NCBI GenBank assembly: GCA_040437565.1
Contig: JBDOQK010000071.1
Span: forward strand, 62,001-126,000
Source: Albugo candida
Taxonomy: Eukaryota
DNA: 64,000 bases
Direction: 5' to 3'
Shown: in pieces, positions 36,823 to 48,803 of the stretch
Position numbering within the stretch: position 1 is the stretch's first letter
Layout: every line of letters starts with the position of its first letter
The notes under the pieces: model-generated
What the model saw: the letters and a program-made list of their open reading frames with translations, nothing else
What the model was told of the DNA's origin: nothing
Database searches by the model: none
Translations under genes and position numbers: made by a program

Positions 36823-39320
36823 TCAGAGTTTCTCCGTTGAGGCTGAGCCAATTGTTGGATGCATTTCCATCACTTGAAAGACAGACGACAGGATGCGATA
36901 TTCTGACGGTGAGAATGCTAGAGTTTGAGCTTCATTGGACGGTAGTATACGGTCAGGATCCTGTAATTGAGGAAGTCTACCACGTACAGCCAAAGTCGTC
37001 AGTAGAGTCATGCAATCTGAAAAGTCTCGAAGTAGTTGATTCGCTCGGAAACACGTCTTCCCCACATTGTTTGATTCTTGCAGTGGGTCTTTGATGATTA
37101 AGCACGGACTTTGCACATTGATCAGTGGGGATGTCTTCTGTCCAACGAATGGAGAATGTTGTGAATTGCGTTGTTTTGTGAGCATATTGGTAGCTGATAC
37201 TTCCGAGCGCTCCACACACGGACTCCACGTCAACTTGTCGCTTGCTCCGTCCAACACACGAATTTCATCCAGTTGGAGTCGATATTCTGTTCCATAATAG
37301 TAGAGAAAGTCCATCAATAGCTTTCCGAGAATGTATGGCTTTACTGTTGTGGTCTCAGTGTTCTTTGCAACGTTCTTCGGCTTCTTTGTAGCATTTGCGA
37401 ATGTGGAACTCGTTACAATTCGATTTGCAATCATTTTTCCTTTCATTTGTTGCTCGATAACTTTGGTGCATTTGCTTGTTGGGAATTCGATATCGACAGA
37501 CTTTTTCGTAGGAGCTTCTGAATGAAGTTTGTCCGTGTGCTTTCGTACGATTTGTGTGATCATCAGAAACAGTCCGTACGATGATAATCCGCCCATGTAC
37601 GGATCATTCAGATCTCGTTTGGCCAAAAAGTATTTCAACACGATGTTGAGTTGCCCAAGCCCATAGAAATGATCAGTAAGGCAATTGACAAGAACAGCAG
37701 TTGCAACTCCATCGTGCGGTGACAAATTCGGATCGTCGAATGTGATGTCAAAGTGCACGCTCAACGTTTGCTTCAATTCCTGATCGACGTTATCGACTGT
37801 CTTTCTTGTGAGAACGACTTTGAGAAGTGGAAATTTCGCATGCGTAATAGCGCTAAATGCATCCACCACAAACGCTGAGGAATCGACCAAACCTAAACGT
37901 TCTGATGCAATGGTCGACAAATAGTCGGCAAGTCGTTGTACACAATGTTGGCTGGATACTTGATTATCGGCCACATGGTAAACGACTAAATCGACATCAC
38001 TGAAATTTCCATACATTCCTGTCACGTACGATCCATAAGGCTCGATATGAGGCTTCACAGTGTCGAGAGATGATACTGCGTTTTTGTCTGTGCATTCACG
38101 CTTCCGATCTTCCCAACAGCTGCGAATCATATGTCGCATATGTTCGATCGCACAAGGAATAGTTTCTCGCATTCGTGTTGCTGCAATACTGCTTTCTATC
38201 GCGAAAAGCTCAATCTCTTGATGTAGAACACTCTGTAATTGTCTTGTTTGCGTTTCGTATAATTCATGTACTTGCTGTTGTCTCCATTCGATCTCATGTC
38301 GCTCTTGTATTTGACGTCTGCGCTCCTGTTCGGTGACAGCAATGACATGCTGTTGGAATTGTTTCCTTTCTTCCCATTCTTTCTCCAGAGTCACTGTCCC
38401 CGAAATCGGACATGTCACTGCTAAATGTTGAGCGAGCTGTCCCCTCGAGCAAATCTCTGTGCATCCCAAAACTGCATTTGGGCAAACGACGTCATACGAC
38501 TGTAAATCGAGCGTTCTTTTTTCGCTCCTTTGTAGAAGACTGTCGAGTACATCCGGAACTTGACGGAATAAACACAGCTTTAAATGGTCTTCCAAATTTT
38601 TCCTCAAACAGATGAAATTACATCCAATCCAGCTATTGGGGCACACAATCTCATAGTCTTCTGGAATCTGTAGCATCGCCATCATACTTTGGAACCAAGG
38701 AGTATCAATTGTTCGATCTAAGAATAATTGGCGTTGTAGTAATTGCTTTTCGTTTTCGATTGTCGCAACAGCCCATTCTCTTCGTCTTTTGATCTCAGCT
38801 TCTTCCTCTTCCTTCATTTGCTTCAATACTTCCAAACGACGAGCTCGTTCCTTTTCGGCCACATCAATTGCCCACTGTGTCCAATACAATCGATCTTTCT
38901 GCTCATTTAGCCGTTCTATCAGCTCATCGTCCTCCGAATGATTATTTTCAATTGTATTGGCGGAAGAGTTTGCTGCTTTTGGAGTAAATGGCTTTGCTTC
39001 GGCGCGCAACTTCTGATTTTCAGTACTAATTTTCAGAGGTAAGGTACTGGCGGTATTAATTGTTTGAGTGTTTTTACAGCTATTTGCATCGATTTTGCAC
39101 GTTTCCATCAAAGTGACAATCATTCCCTTCGTACCGGTTTTCTTCTTTTTCGGGCGCCGTTTTCGCGGACCCGAATGCTTAGGTTTCTTGGCATGTAGCG
39201 CCTTCATGGACATCATTTCTTCAACGAACGATAGTGTCCTCGCTGCTTTGAGCAGTCGATCGTACTCATTTCGTTTGCTTTCGTTTTCTTTGCCGCGTAA
39301 GCGACCAACACTCTTGATTG
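36823..39320 (-). CDS. TRF4/PAPD5-like non-canonical poly(A) polymerase with PAM2 motif and two TRAF-type Zn fingers; 5' exons unresolved
   Basis: Pol-beta motif YGSYVTG..SDVDL and third Asp HFDITF. GGLSSYGL and PAP-associated IKDPLQESNNVGK. CPN..GC..HL..C occurs twice. The frame stays open upstream of 39216 to an acceptor near 39320. Confidence 0.8.
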
Positions 39321-39564
39321 CTTATGCAACAGCAAGAAAAAAGGAAAGTGAAAATGATGGGCGTTCTGCTTGGATGTTCAGTACAAATTGCGAATGATCC
39401 TTGAATGTAGTGTCACTTGCGAATACTAGCGTCAGCGAGTACGTTTACGCTATATCCGAGAATGTTGTTTCCGTTTTGCCTGAAATAAATTGTTTGTGTG
39501 AAGATTTCCCTTTTTGCCAGACACAATCCCTCTCCTAATACGGTGGTCACACTATAGTAGTAGT

Positions 39565-39832
39565 TTATGTACACGTTTCCTATCCAATCTTCATCCTACA
39601 CACTAGATTCGTGTATCTGCCTCCATCGTATTTTTTCAACTTGGCCACAAGTCTCTCGTGTACACCTTTCCTATCGTCACAGACCATCACTCTTCGCACA
39701 AAAGATCGTTTCCGCATCTCGTTGACAAACACTCTTCGCCAAAGGTTTCCCTTTCATCAAAAGACCATCACTCTTATCACAAAGAATCCCTTCCGCGTCT
39801 CATAAACAAACACTCTTTAAGACCATCACTCA
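39565..39832. repeat. Imperfect tandem repeat (~80-90 bp period) in the divergent PAP/XPD promoter
   Basis: AGACCATCACTC at 39681, 39762 and 39820. ACAAACACTCTT occurs twice. GTACAC.TTTCCTATC at ~39569 and ~39660. Confidence 0.7.
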
Positions 39833-39844
39833 ATCCGCCCAAAC

Positions 39845-39860
39845 GCTCATTTTCCAATTT
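39845..39860 (+). promoter_or_regulatory. Oomycete INR+FPR core promoter element upstream of XPD
   Basis: GCTCATTTTCCAATTT matches the Phytophthora-type consensus GCTCATTYYNCAWTTT and ends 16 nt before ATG 39877. Confidence 0.8.
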
Positions 39861-39876
39861 GCAACGTCCCGCAACA

Positions 39877-42800
39877 ATGAAAGTCGACATCGACGGATTA
39901 CAAGTTCTCTTCCCGTACGATCGCATGTACGCGGAGCAGCTACAGTACATGCGAGAGCTCAAGCGCGCATTGGACGCCCACGGACACTGTATGTTGGAAA
40001 TGCCGACCGGAACCGGGAAAACGATCTCTTTACTGGCGCTGGTGCTCGCATATAAACATGCACATCCGTCCACTTGCGGGAAGCTGGTGTACTGCACGCG
40101 AACGGTTCCGGAAATGGCAAAATGTGTGGAAGAACTAAAACATTTGATGGAGTATCGCAAACGAATTCTCAGTGTTGAAGCCACACAAATTACAGCAGTG
40201 TGTCTGAGTTCGAGACGAAATATGTGTATTCATGAAAAAGTGCTGGAAAACTCGGCGGATGGAGAGACTGTCGATAGTCAATGTAGGAAGATGACGGCGT
40301 CCTGGGTACGTGCGCGTGTTGAACAAGGATCGAATGAGCAACTTGTATCGAATGGCGGGATTGAGCTATGCTCNNNNNNNNNNNNNNNNNNNNNNNNNNN
40401 NNNNNNNNNNNNNNNNNNNNNNNNNNNNNNNNNNNNNNNNNNNNNNNNNNNNNNNNNNNNNNNNNNNNNNNNNGAGTATCGCAAACGAATTCTCAGTGTT
40501 GAAGCCACACAAATTACAGCAGTGTGTCTGAGTTCGAGACGAAATATGTGTATTCATGAAAAAGTGCTGGAAAACTCGGCGGATGGAGAGACTGTCGATA
40601 GTCAATGTAGGAAGATGACGGCGTCCTGGGTACGTGCGCGTGTTGAACAAGGATCGAATGAGCAACTTGTATCGAATGGCGGGATTGAGCTATGCTCTTT
40701 TTACGAGCAGTATGAAGCGCGTAAACAAGATCAGCAACTACTACCGTCGGGTGTGTACTCTTTGGACGATCTGAAACGACTGGGAAAGGAGAAAGGATGG
40801 TGTCCGTATTTTCTCACTCGTCATGTTGTTAATTTCGCTGATGTCATTGTGTACAACTATCAGTATATGTTGGATCCAAAGGTTTCNNNNNNNNNNNNNN
40901 NNNNNNNNNNNNNNNNNNNNNNNNNNNNNNNNNNNNNNNNNNNNNNNNNNNNNNNNNNNNNNNNNNNNNNNNNNNNNNNNNNNNNNGAGCAGTATGAAGC
41001 GCGTAAACAAGATCAGCAACTACTACCGTCGGGTGTGTACTCTTTGGACGATCTGAAACGACTGGGAAAGGAGAAAGGATGGTGTCCGTATTTTCTCACT
41101 CGTCATGTTGTTAATTTCGCTGATGTCATTGTGTACAACTATCAGTATATGTTGGATCCAAAGGTTTCGCAGTTGGTTAGTCGCGCGTTTGAAAAAGAAA
41201 GTATCATTGTTTTCGACGAAGCACACAATATCGATAACGTTTGTATCGAAGCATTGAGTGTGGATTTGAACCGACGATCACTTGATCGAGCCTCTCGGAA
41301 TTTGGGAAGTATCAGCACGCACGTACAGCGATTAAAGCAAGCAGATCGATCTCGATTAGATGCAGAGTATCGTCGGCTTGTGGAGGGGCTTCGTGCCAGC
41401 AATAACATTTTGGCTCCAACGTACGAGAATCGCGCAACAGGACAGGCTATTGACACTACAAATGACATATTGACGTCCAATCCAGTGCTGCCGGATGACG
41501 TTCTGGAGGAAGCGATCCCTGGAAATATTCGACAGGCTGAGCATTTTATTGCCTTCATGCGTCGACTGATCGAATATCTTCGTACTCGACTGCGTGTGAG
41601 GAATGTTGAATCAGAAACTCCACAAGCTTTTCTCCATCATCTTAATCAAGTCATTTCAATGGAAACAAAACCGATGAAGTTTTGTTACACGCGTTTGAAC
41701 TCTTTACTGCGAACACTGGAAATCACAAAATTGGAAGAGTTTCAGGCGCTGACCGATGTTGCGAATTTTGCCACTTTACTCGCTACGTATGCTGATGGAT
41801 TTATGCTGATTGTGGATCCACTCGATAATGCGTCAGGTGCACACGATCCAGTGTTACATTTAGCATGTCTAGATGCTTCTCTCGCGATCCGTCCAGTGCT
41901 GGAAAGATTCTCAAGCGTCATCATCACCTCTGGAACGTTATCTCCAATCGATCTGTATCCGCGATTACTCAACTTTAGTCCCGTTATCCGCGAATCGCTT
42001 CCAATGTCAGTCTATCGTTCATGTATCTGTCCGCTTACGATCACTCGTGGCAGCGATCAGATGCCTGTGAGTACAAAATTCGATCTGCGTGATGACCTTT
42101 CCGTCGTCCGAAATTATGGAACTTTATTATTAGAGATGGCAGCACATTGTCCCGACGGAATGGTTTGTTTTTTCCCTTCGTATTTGTATATGGAAAAGAT
42201 CATTGGACAATGGGATCAATTGGGAGTACTCAAACGCGTTTTACAATTCAAATTATTGTTTATTGAGACAACGGACATTGTGGAGACGACTTTGGCACTG
42301 AATAATTATAAAAAGGCATGTGATTGTGGACGTGGCGCTATCTTCTTCTCTGTGGCACGAGGCAAAGTGGCGGAAGGGATCGATTTCGACCGGCATTATG
42401 GTCGTTGTGTTATACTGTTTGGTATACCCTTTCAGTATACACTCTCCCACAAACTTCGTGCTCGATTGGAATACCTTCGGTATACACATCAAATTCGAGA
42501 AGCGGATTTCCTCACATTCGACGCACTTCGACAGGCTGCACAATGTGCTGGTCGAGTTTTACGAAGCAAGACTGACTACGGACTGATTTTGTTTGCTGAT
42601 TCACGTTACAACAGAGCCGACAAGCGATCCAAATTACCACCTTGGATCAAGCAGTTTATGGTTGAATCGCATTTGAATCTATCGGTTGATATGGCAGTTC
42701 ATTTAGCAAAGCGATATCTCGCATTAATGGCTCAACCAGTGGACGAGAAAACGAATGTGAACTCGATACTATTGGATGAAAAAAGAGCGGCTGAGTGGCT

Positions 42801-42891
42801 TGTGATGAATTCGATACGACCAAGTGAAGTCAAGCATACTGGCAATGGAATCGCTCTGCAACCCGACATGAATGCCGTCATCGCGTCGTAA
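39877..42891 (+). CDS. ERCC2: TFIIH helicase XPD/Rad3; two gap duplications (40374..40473, 40887..40986)
   Basis: Motifs MKVDIDGLQVLFPY, LEMPTGTGKT, YCTRTVPE, Fe-S cysteines, DEAHNIDNVCIE, ITSGTLSP, ARGKVAEGIDF and QAAQCAGRVLR. Confidence 0.97.
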   Translation: MKVDIDGLQVLFPYDRMYAEQLQYMRELKRALDAHGHCMLEMPTGTGKTISLLALVLAYKHAHPSTCGKLVYCTRTVPEMAKCVEELKHLMEYRKRILSVEATQITAVCLSSRRNMCIHEKVLENSADGETVDSQCRKMTASWVRARVEQGSNEQLVSNGGIELCXXXXXXXXXXXXXXXXXXXXXXXXXXXXXXXXXXEYRKRILSVEATQITAVCLSSRRNMCIHEKVLENSADGETVDSQCRKMTASWVRARVEQGSNEQLVSNGGIELCSFYEQYEARKQDQQLLPSGVYSLDDLKRLGKEKGWCPYFLTRHVVNFADVIVYNYQYMLDPKVXXXXXXXXXXXXXXXXXXXXXXXXXXXXXXXXXXEQYEARKQDQQLLPSGVYSLDDLKRLGKEKGWCPYFLTRHVVNFADVIVYNYQYMLDPKVSQLVSRAFEKESIIVFDEAHNIDNVCIEALSVDLNRRSLDRASRNLGSISTHVQRLKQADRSRLDAEYRRLVEGLRASNNILAPTYENRATGQAIDTTNDILTSNPVLPDDVLEEAIPGNIRQAEHFIAFMRRLIEYLRTRLRVRNVESETPQAFLHHLNQVISMETKPMKFCYTRLNSLLRTLEITKLEEFQALTDVANFATLLATYADGFMLIVDPLDNASGAHDPVLHLACLDASLAIRPVLERFSSVIITSGTLSPIDLYPRLLNFSPVIRESLPMSVYRSCICPLTITRGSDQMPVSTKFDLRDDLSVVRNYGTLLLEMAAHCPDGMVCFFPSYLYMEKIIGQWDQLGVLKRVLQFKLLFIETTDIVETTLALNNYKKACDCGRGAIFFSVARGKVAEGIDFDRHYGRCVILFGIPFQYTLSHKLRARLEYLRYTHQIREADFLTFDALRQAAQCAGRVLRSKTDYGLILFADSRYNRADKRSKLPPWIKQFMVESHLNLSVDMAVHLAKRYLALMAQPVDEKTNVNSILLDEKRAAEWLVMNSIRPSEVKHTGNGIALQPDMNAVIAS

Positions 42892-43214
42892 AGCTAAAAG
42901 GCGAAGGGATTCCATGATTGGCTGGAACGGGAGGAAGCATTGTTTGTGATTGGTTGAAATGGGGATGAACAAGAGCGAGTACGATTGTAGATAGTGTTGC
43001 TGTAATGTTGCTCGTAGAATTCTTTGATAGTTTCTGGAGCTTTCTGGAATGATTCTCACCGTGTGTGAAGAGCGTATTTAAAGATATCATTACCGTAATA
43101 AACCGTAAGTATTGGAATACATACCACTTGATCGATTGGTTCACAAAGAACATTCAAACAACTCGTGACGAAAAATAAGTTACAGCGAATTCTAACAAAA
43201 CAAAGCAAGGAACA

Positions 43215-45200
43215 ATGTTACGACTAAGTACCTCATCGGCTGTGTATGCATCCGCAGCGTCTAAGCGATTTTTGACAAGCACTCGTCAGGCGCAGAATGT
43301 AGCAGGGTCTGGTGCGGTTATTGGTATTGATCTTGGAACCACCAATTCATGTGTGGCGACTATGGAAGGAAAAACTCCGCGTGTGATTGAAAACTCGGAA
43401 GGTGCTCGAACCACGCCTTCGGTTGTTGCCATTTTGGATGGCGGTGAACGATTGGTTGGAATGCCCGCCAAACGTCAAGCAGTAACCAATCCAGAGAGCA
43501 CATTCTATGCTGTCAAACGTCTAATTGGTCGGAAATACAATGATGGTGAGACTAATAAAGTGAAAGAAGTCGTAAGTTATAAAATCGTACCCGGTCCAAA
43601 TGGGAAAGACGCTTGGGTCGAGACAAAGGGACAAAAGTACTCTCCCTCTCAAATTGGGTCAATGGTACTTGCTAAAATGAAGGAAACAGCAGACAGTTTT
43701 CTGGGTCAATCAGTGTCCCAAGCTGTCATTACCGTCCCAGCTTATTTTAACGACTCTCAACGACAAGCCACCAAGGATGCTGGAAAAATCGCAGGCTTGG
43801 ATGTGTTACGTATCATCAACGAACCCACCGCCGCTGCGTTAGCGTATGGAATGGACAAAGCGGATGGTAAAGTAATTGCAGTATTTGATTTGGGAGGTGG
43901 GACATTTGATGTATCAATTTTGGAAATCTCTGGCGGTGTTTTTGAAGTCAAATCAACCAATGGAGACACATTATTGGGAGGCGAAGATTTCGACGAAGAG
44001 CTTTTGCGTCATCTCGTGTCCAAATTTAAACAAGAATCTGGAATTGATGTTTCTAAGGACACTCTGGCCATGCAGCGACTTCGAGAAGCAGCAGAAAAAG
44101 CTAAACGTGAGCTCGATGGATTGGCACAAACCGATATCAGTCTTCCTTTCATCACTGCTGATGCAAGCGGACCCAAACATCTCAATATGAAAATTACTCG
44201 CGCAACATTTGAGAATTTGGTATCGAAACTTATTGAGCGAACAATTACTCCGTGCCGAAAATGTGTCACTGACGCTGGATTGGCCAAAAAAGATATCAAT
44301 GAAGTGATATTAGTGGGTGGAATGTCTCGAATGCCTAAAGTACAACAAGCAGTGGAAGACTTTTTTGGTAAAAAACCTTCCAAAGGTGTTAACCCCGATG
44401 AAGTCGTGGCTATGGGGGCTGCTATTCAGGGCGGTGTGTTACGTGGTGATGTGAAAGATATTTTGTTGCTTGATGTGACTCCATTGTCGCTCGGAATTGA
44501 AACGTTAGGCGGTGTGTTCACTAAACTGATACCGCGAAACACAACCATTCCTACAAAAAAGTCACAAGTATTCTCTACGGCCGCGGATTCACAGACTCAA
44601 GTTGGTATCAAAGTGTTACAGGGCGAACGAGAAATGGCTGCAGATAACAAATCGCTCGGAAACTTTGATTTGGTAGGAATTCCACCTGCACCGCGTGGTG
44701 TACCTCAAATTGAAGTGTCGTTCGATATCGATGCGAATGGTATCGTGAATGTTGCAGCAAGAGACAAAGCCACCGGAAAAGAGCAAAACATTGTCATACA
44801 ATCGAGTGGCGGGTTGTCCGAAGCGGATATTGAGCGAATGGTTCAAGAAGCCGAGATGAATGCGACAGCCGACCAACAGAGGAAGGAGCTGATTGAGCTG
44901 AAGAATGACGCTGACGGTGTCATCTACTCAACGGAAAAGACGCTCAAGGAGTATGAAGACAAAATTGAAGCCACATTAGTGGAACAAGTGAAAACTGACT
45001 TGGCTGATTTACGGAGTAAAGCTGAAGGCGATTCAGTCGATGAGATTAAAGCCGCACTTGAAAAAGTTCAACAAAGCTCACTCAAAATTGGTGAGGCTGT
45101 GTACAAAGCTCAGCAAGGAAAGGAAACATCGGAAAAGGATAGTGAAACGAGTGATGAGTCCACGGTACATGATGCCGAATTTAAGGACAAGAAAGAGTAA
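43215..45200 (+). CDS. HSPA9: Mitochondrial Hsp70 (mortalin/Ssc1)
   Basis: Presequence, [52 protein letters not shown] and VIQSSGGLS. No cytosolic EEVD or ER retention tail. Confidence 0.96.
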   Translation: MLRLSTSSAVYASAASKRFLTSTRQAQNVAGSGAVIGIDLGTTNSCVATMEGKTPRVIENSEGARTTPSVVAILDGGERLVGMPAKRQAVTNPESTFYAVKRLIGRKYNDGETNKVKEVVSYKIVPGPNGKDAWVETKGQKYSPSQIGSMVLAKMKETADSFLGQSVSQAVITVPAYFNDSQRQATKDAGKIAGLDVLRIINEPTAAALAYGMDKADGKVIAVFDLGGGTFDVSILEISGGVFEVKSTNGDTLLGGEDFDEELLRHLVSKFKQESGIDVSKDTLAMQRLREAAEKAKRELDGLAQTDISLPFITADASGPKHLNMKITRATFENLVSKLIERTITPCRKCVTDAGLAKKDINEVILVGGMSRMPKVQQAVEDFFGKKPSKGVNPDEVVAMGAAIQGGVLRGDVKDILLLDVTPLSLGIETLGGVFTKLIPRNTTIPTKKSQVFSTAADSQTQVGIKVLQGEREMAADNKSLGNFDLVGIPPAPRGVPQIEVSFDIDANGIVNVAARDKATGKEQNIVIQSSGGLSEADIERMVQEAEMNATADQQRKELIELKNDADGVIYSTEKTLKEYEDKIEATLVEQVKTDLADLRSKAEGDSVDEIKAALEKVQQSSLKIGEAVYKAQQGKETSEKDSETSDESTVHDAEFKDKKE

Positions 45201-45444
45201 GCGGTTCAATATACGCGGCTATACTTTTTATACAAGATTATACAAAATGTTTCTAACAGTTACACTATTGTGTTGATTTNNNNNNNNNNNNNNNNNNNNN
45301 NNNNNNNNNNNNNNNNNNNNNNNNNNNNNNNNNNNNNNNNNNNNNNNNNNNNNNNNNNNNNNNNNNNNNNNNNNNNNNNACAAAATGTTTCTAACAGTTA
45401 CACTATTGTGTTGATTTGCTTGACTATTATGATGCGCAGATACC

Positions 45445-46725
45445 TCAAACTCGGTTCTTGGAAATTCCAGCAAGACAAATACCGGGTGTGAGCTTTGACT
45501 TTGGGCCGGAGCTCGGTTTGAATGCTTTTCGATCCTTCAGACCAGCAGGGATATCTTTTGAGGCAAAGCTGACCGGATTCCTTCGTAACGGAAGAATTGC
45601 ACGACTGACTGCTTTTTCGTCGTATGTGTCGGGTTGACTTTCCGGGAATTTGGCAAATGCTCTGATACATACATTTAGTTCANNNNNNNNNNNNNNNNNN
45701 NNNNNNNNNNNNNNNNNNNNNNNNNNNNNNNNNNNNNNNNNNNNNNNNNNNNNNNNNNNNNNNNNNNNNNNNNNNNNNNNNNGGAATTTGGCAAATGCTC
45801 TGATACATACATTTAGTTCAATCATACGTGAAATCAGGATAGATTAGTAGTACCCGAGTTTGCCTTGTTTCGGATTATCTGTGGGTCGCCATGCTCGAAA
45901 CTGATTGGCTTTTGTGATTGCGCGATCTTTCGGGTTCAAAAGTTCACTTGCGTCTGGGGCTTTAATGAGACACTGATCGTCCCAGCTGAACACTTTTGAA
46001 GCTGATGCGTGCTCATGTGCGTCAAAGCAATCGACAGCGGCTGATGCAGCCTTGAATGCCTTTTTGTCCTTGACGATCTTCTGATGTCGTTCGACGTCTT
46101 TTTTTGCATGACGATACTCAGAACCATAATCGGCGGGCCATGCTTCTTGATTGACTCCACCGATCAAGGTCCCAGCGTACCCGAATGTCCCACGTTTGCT
46201 TGGGGCGGTGAAAATGTTCCTTTTCTGAAAGAAAGTGATAGTTTGAATATAAATCACCCTTTACCCATACAGTTCACTACCTCTGCTTCCGGTTTCTTGC
46301 TCGAACATCGCGCATTTGTCGGAGAAGATATGGTCTCGTAGTTTTGGAACGTTCCAAACTGATCCCCTGCACCAGTACTGAATAGAAGACTGTTACACGT
46401 ATTCAAGTGTACATTACAGCAACATCACGTACTGTTTCTTCGCTGGACTTGAGTATACAAACCCGTTCGGTTTGAGAAACTTTTGGGTATTCGCATTGCG
46501 CACTTTAGCTTCCACTTTATACACTTCACTATACGTCCCTTCGAGTCGGTGAAAGGGATCGAAACCGGTTTGAGCTTTACTCGTGCTCGTTACGAATGGC
46601 TTCTGCGCTGATTCAGTGGATCGTTGAGGTGCTTTTGCACGCTTATTGTACGGATCACCAACAGAGATAAAAGAAGGGTCGCTGAACCCTCCATCGCGTG
46701 ATATTTTGACTTCTTTCTCGGTCAT
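45445..46725 (-). CDS. CFAP96/C4orf47 (UPF0602)-like flagellar/centrosomal protein, 4 exons
   Basis: FSDPSFISVGDPY, YSSPAKK|TGAGDQFGTF, RNIFTAPSKRGTFGY and AFKPSSGPKS resemble the UPF0602 family (recognised from memory). Confidence 0.65.
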
Positions 46726-46948
46726 CGCTATGATACAATACGATCAAAACATCACGTAGGAAGCTAAACTTAGGATCATGGATCGAGATGTCATTGGTCG
46801 GTACAAATAGACTTTGTGCGAGTAATTGAAAATAATATTTTGTGAAAACGCCAAACTGGGAAGCCACCAATGATGGGGTCACATTATATACGGGTTTGAA
46901 TTCTTACATACAATACTTCCCATTAAAAGTATACATCTGGGCAGTTCA

Positions 46949-47932
46949 ATGGCTCACGAATTTGAAACACCGTGGGTTGAAAAGTATCGGCCGACCTCAT
47001 TAGATGACGTAGTTGCGAATCAAGAGACTATCACGTGTTTGAAAGCAATGGCTCGCGATGGCAACATGACCAACATCATTCTTTCAGGACCTCCGGGAAC
47101 AGGAAAGACCACGAGTATACTCTGTTTAGCCCGCGCGTTACTTGGCCCCGCACTTAAGCAAGCTGTCTTGGAGTTAAATGCGTCCGATGATCGAGGTATT
47201 GATACCGTCCGAACCAAAATCAAGTTATTTGCGCAACAAAAAGTTAATTTACCACCTGGAAGGCACAAACTTGTCATTTTGGACGAAGCTGACAGCATTA
47301 CAGGTGCCGCTCAACAAGCTTTGCGACGAACAATGGAAATCTATTCCAGTACGACTAGGTTCGCCCTGGCGTGTAATAATTCCACAAAGATTATCGAGCC
47401 TATCCAGAGTCGGTGCGCCATTCTTCGATTCACACGATTAAAAAATGAATTGATACTGGAACGACTTTTATTTATCTGCCAGAACGAACATCTCACGTAT
47501 CAAGAAGACGGACTTGCTGGCATTATATTCACCGCAGAAGGCGATATGCGAAATGCAATCAACAATCTACAGGCTACTCATGCCGGTTTCGGTGCCATCA
47601 CAGACGCCAATGTATTCAAAGCGTGTGACCAACCGCACCCCGGAATTATCAAGAAAATGTTGGAGGAGTGTATCCAATCGAAATTATCAGCAGCAGAAAC
47701 GCACTTATTCGGACTCATTCGCGCCGGATACTCAACTTTTGACTTGATTGAGACTATATTCCGAGTATGTAAATCATTGGAGATGGATGAACATCTGCAG
47801 CTGGAATTTATCAAACAAATCGGAGTCACGCACATGTGCATAGCAGATGGGTTGAGTTCTCTATTACAGATACACGCGCTTATAGCACGGCTGTGCTCCA
47901 ATGCTGGTAAAATAAATGCGCCAACATCGTAA
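46949..47932 (+). CDS. RFC2: Replication factor C small subunit (human RFC2/yeast Rfc4 type)
   Basis: Motifs [50 protein letters not shown] and GDMR. Confidence 0.94.
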   Translation: MAHEFETPWVEKYRPTSLDDVVANQETITCLKAMARDGNMTNIILSGPPGTGKTTSILCLARALLGPALKQAVLELNASDDRGIDTVRTKIKLFAQQKVNLPPGRHKLVILDEADSITGAAQQALRRTMEIYSSTTRFALACNNSTKIIEPIQSRCAILRFTRLKNELILERLLFICQNEHLTYQEDGLAGIIFTAEGDMRNAINNLQATHAGFGAITDANVFKACDQPHPGIIKKMLEECIQSKLSAAETHLFGLIRAGYSTFDLIETIFRVCKSLEMDEHLQLEFIKQIGVTHMCIADGLSSLLQIHALIARLCSNAGKINAPTS

Positions 47933-47966
47933 CCACCCGCTGTATTTACTTAATCGGAAGGACGGG

Positions 47967-48524
47967 CTATTGCTCTCTGCTTTCGGTATTACCATCTGGG
48001 TTTGTAACTTTAAGTGACGAAAGTGAGCTAGTTGCTTCATCATTGGTCTAAAGTAAACACAGTCACACTCATCCTAACTTGCCGTAAGTGTATGTTGTAC
48101 CTGATCCATTAAATCGCCAATTGATTTCTCAAGTTCATCGATACGCGTACCCATGTCGTCGAGTATTTTTTCCAATCAAAAAAAAGTTTGCGTTAAGGAT
48201 ACAGTCAAATGTGAAAATTGCAACAAATGAAAGGAAATTGTCAACATAAAGGGATATTTCGTCCAATGATTGCCTCCGACATCTGAGAAAACCGATTTTG
48301 CTATCGAATACAAATTACAACGCGAAGGAAAGGGAGTATACGACGCATAAACCATTTGTTCCAATAGCGTTTGCACAAAGACAGTCAGATCCTGGGCTTC
48401 ACCCGACGGTACTGTTTGTGCTGGTGCCGGTGGTGAAGACACTTCTTTCCTGTTTGTGTCAGCGGAATTCTATGCAAAATAAGTGAGAAACGAAGCTGCA
48501 CGTGACAAAAGACTGCTTCACCAT
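47967..48524 (-). CDS. HSBP1: Heat shock factor binding protein 1, 5 exons including one AT-AC intron
   Basis: Spliced product M|[59 protein letters not shown]..EQ*. Confidence 0.92.
48163..48257 (-). other. U12-type (minor spliceosome) AT-AC intron, 95 nt
   Basis: 5' end ATATCCCTTT, branch site TATCCTTAAC (48201..48192) and 3' end AC. Its removal gives IIGRIDDMG. Confidence 0.9.
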
Positions 48525-48602
48525 GGCTTAAATACGTTTTGCGAATTTTGTTTTTATCACACTAATTAAAATACGATTCACTTTTAATAAAAGACCCTCC
48601 AA

Positions 48603-48803
48603 ATGGCTGGCAAAGAAGCAAATAAAATGTATCTTCGACCGCGAATTCGGCGCGTGGTACCATTGATGGATGTTGGAATGGCTATCATACTTGGAACGGT
48701 ATCCGGTATTTACATCTTCAACGACACATTCAAGCGTTTTCAAGACTCCGAGACAGATGCATCCGACCTGCAAGAACATGAGGATAAATCACGACCATTT
48801 TGA
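48603..48803 (+). CDS. Small single-TM protein (PIGBOS1-like pattern); start may be 48627
   Basis: Basic N-terminus, hydrophobic MAIILGTVSGIYIFNDTF and a charged tail. Divergent from HSBP1. Confidence 0.55.
   Translation: MAGKEANKMYLRPRIRRVVPLMDVGMAIILGTVSGIYIFNDTFKRFQDSETDASDLQEHEDKSRPF

Noticed and set aside
39658-39876. 73-aa N-terminal extension of XPD in the ORF track
   Set aside because: It starts at a non-ATG codon, consists of promoter repeats, and an INR+FPR lies just before ATG 39877.
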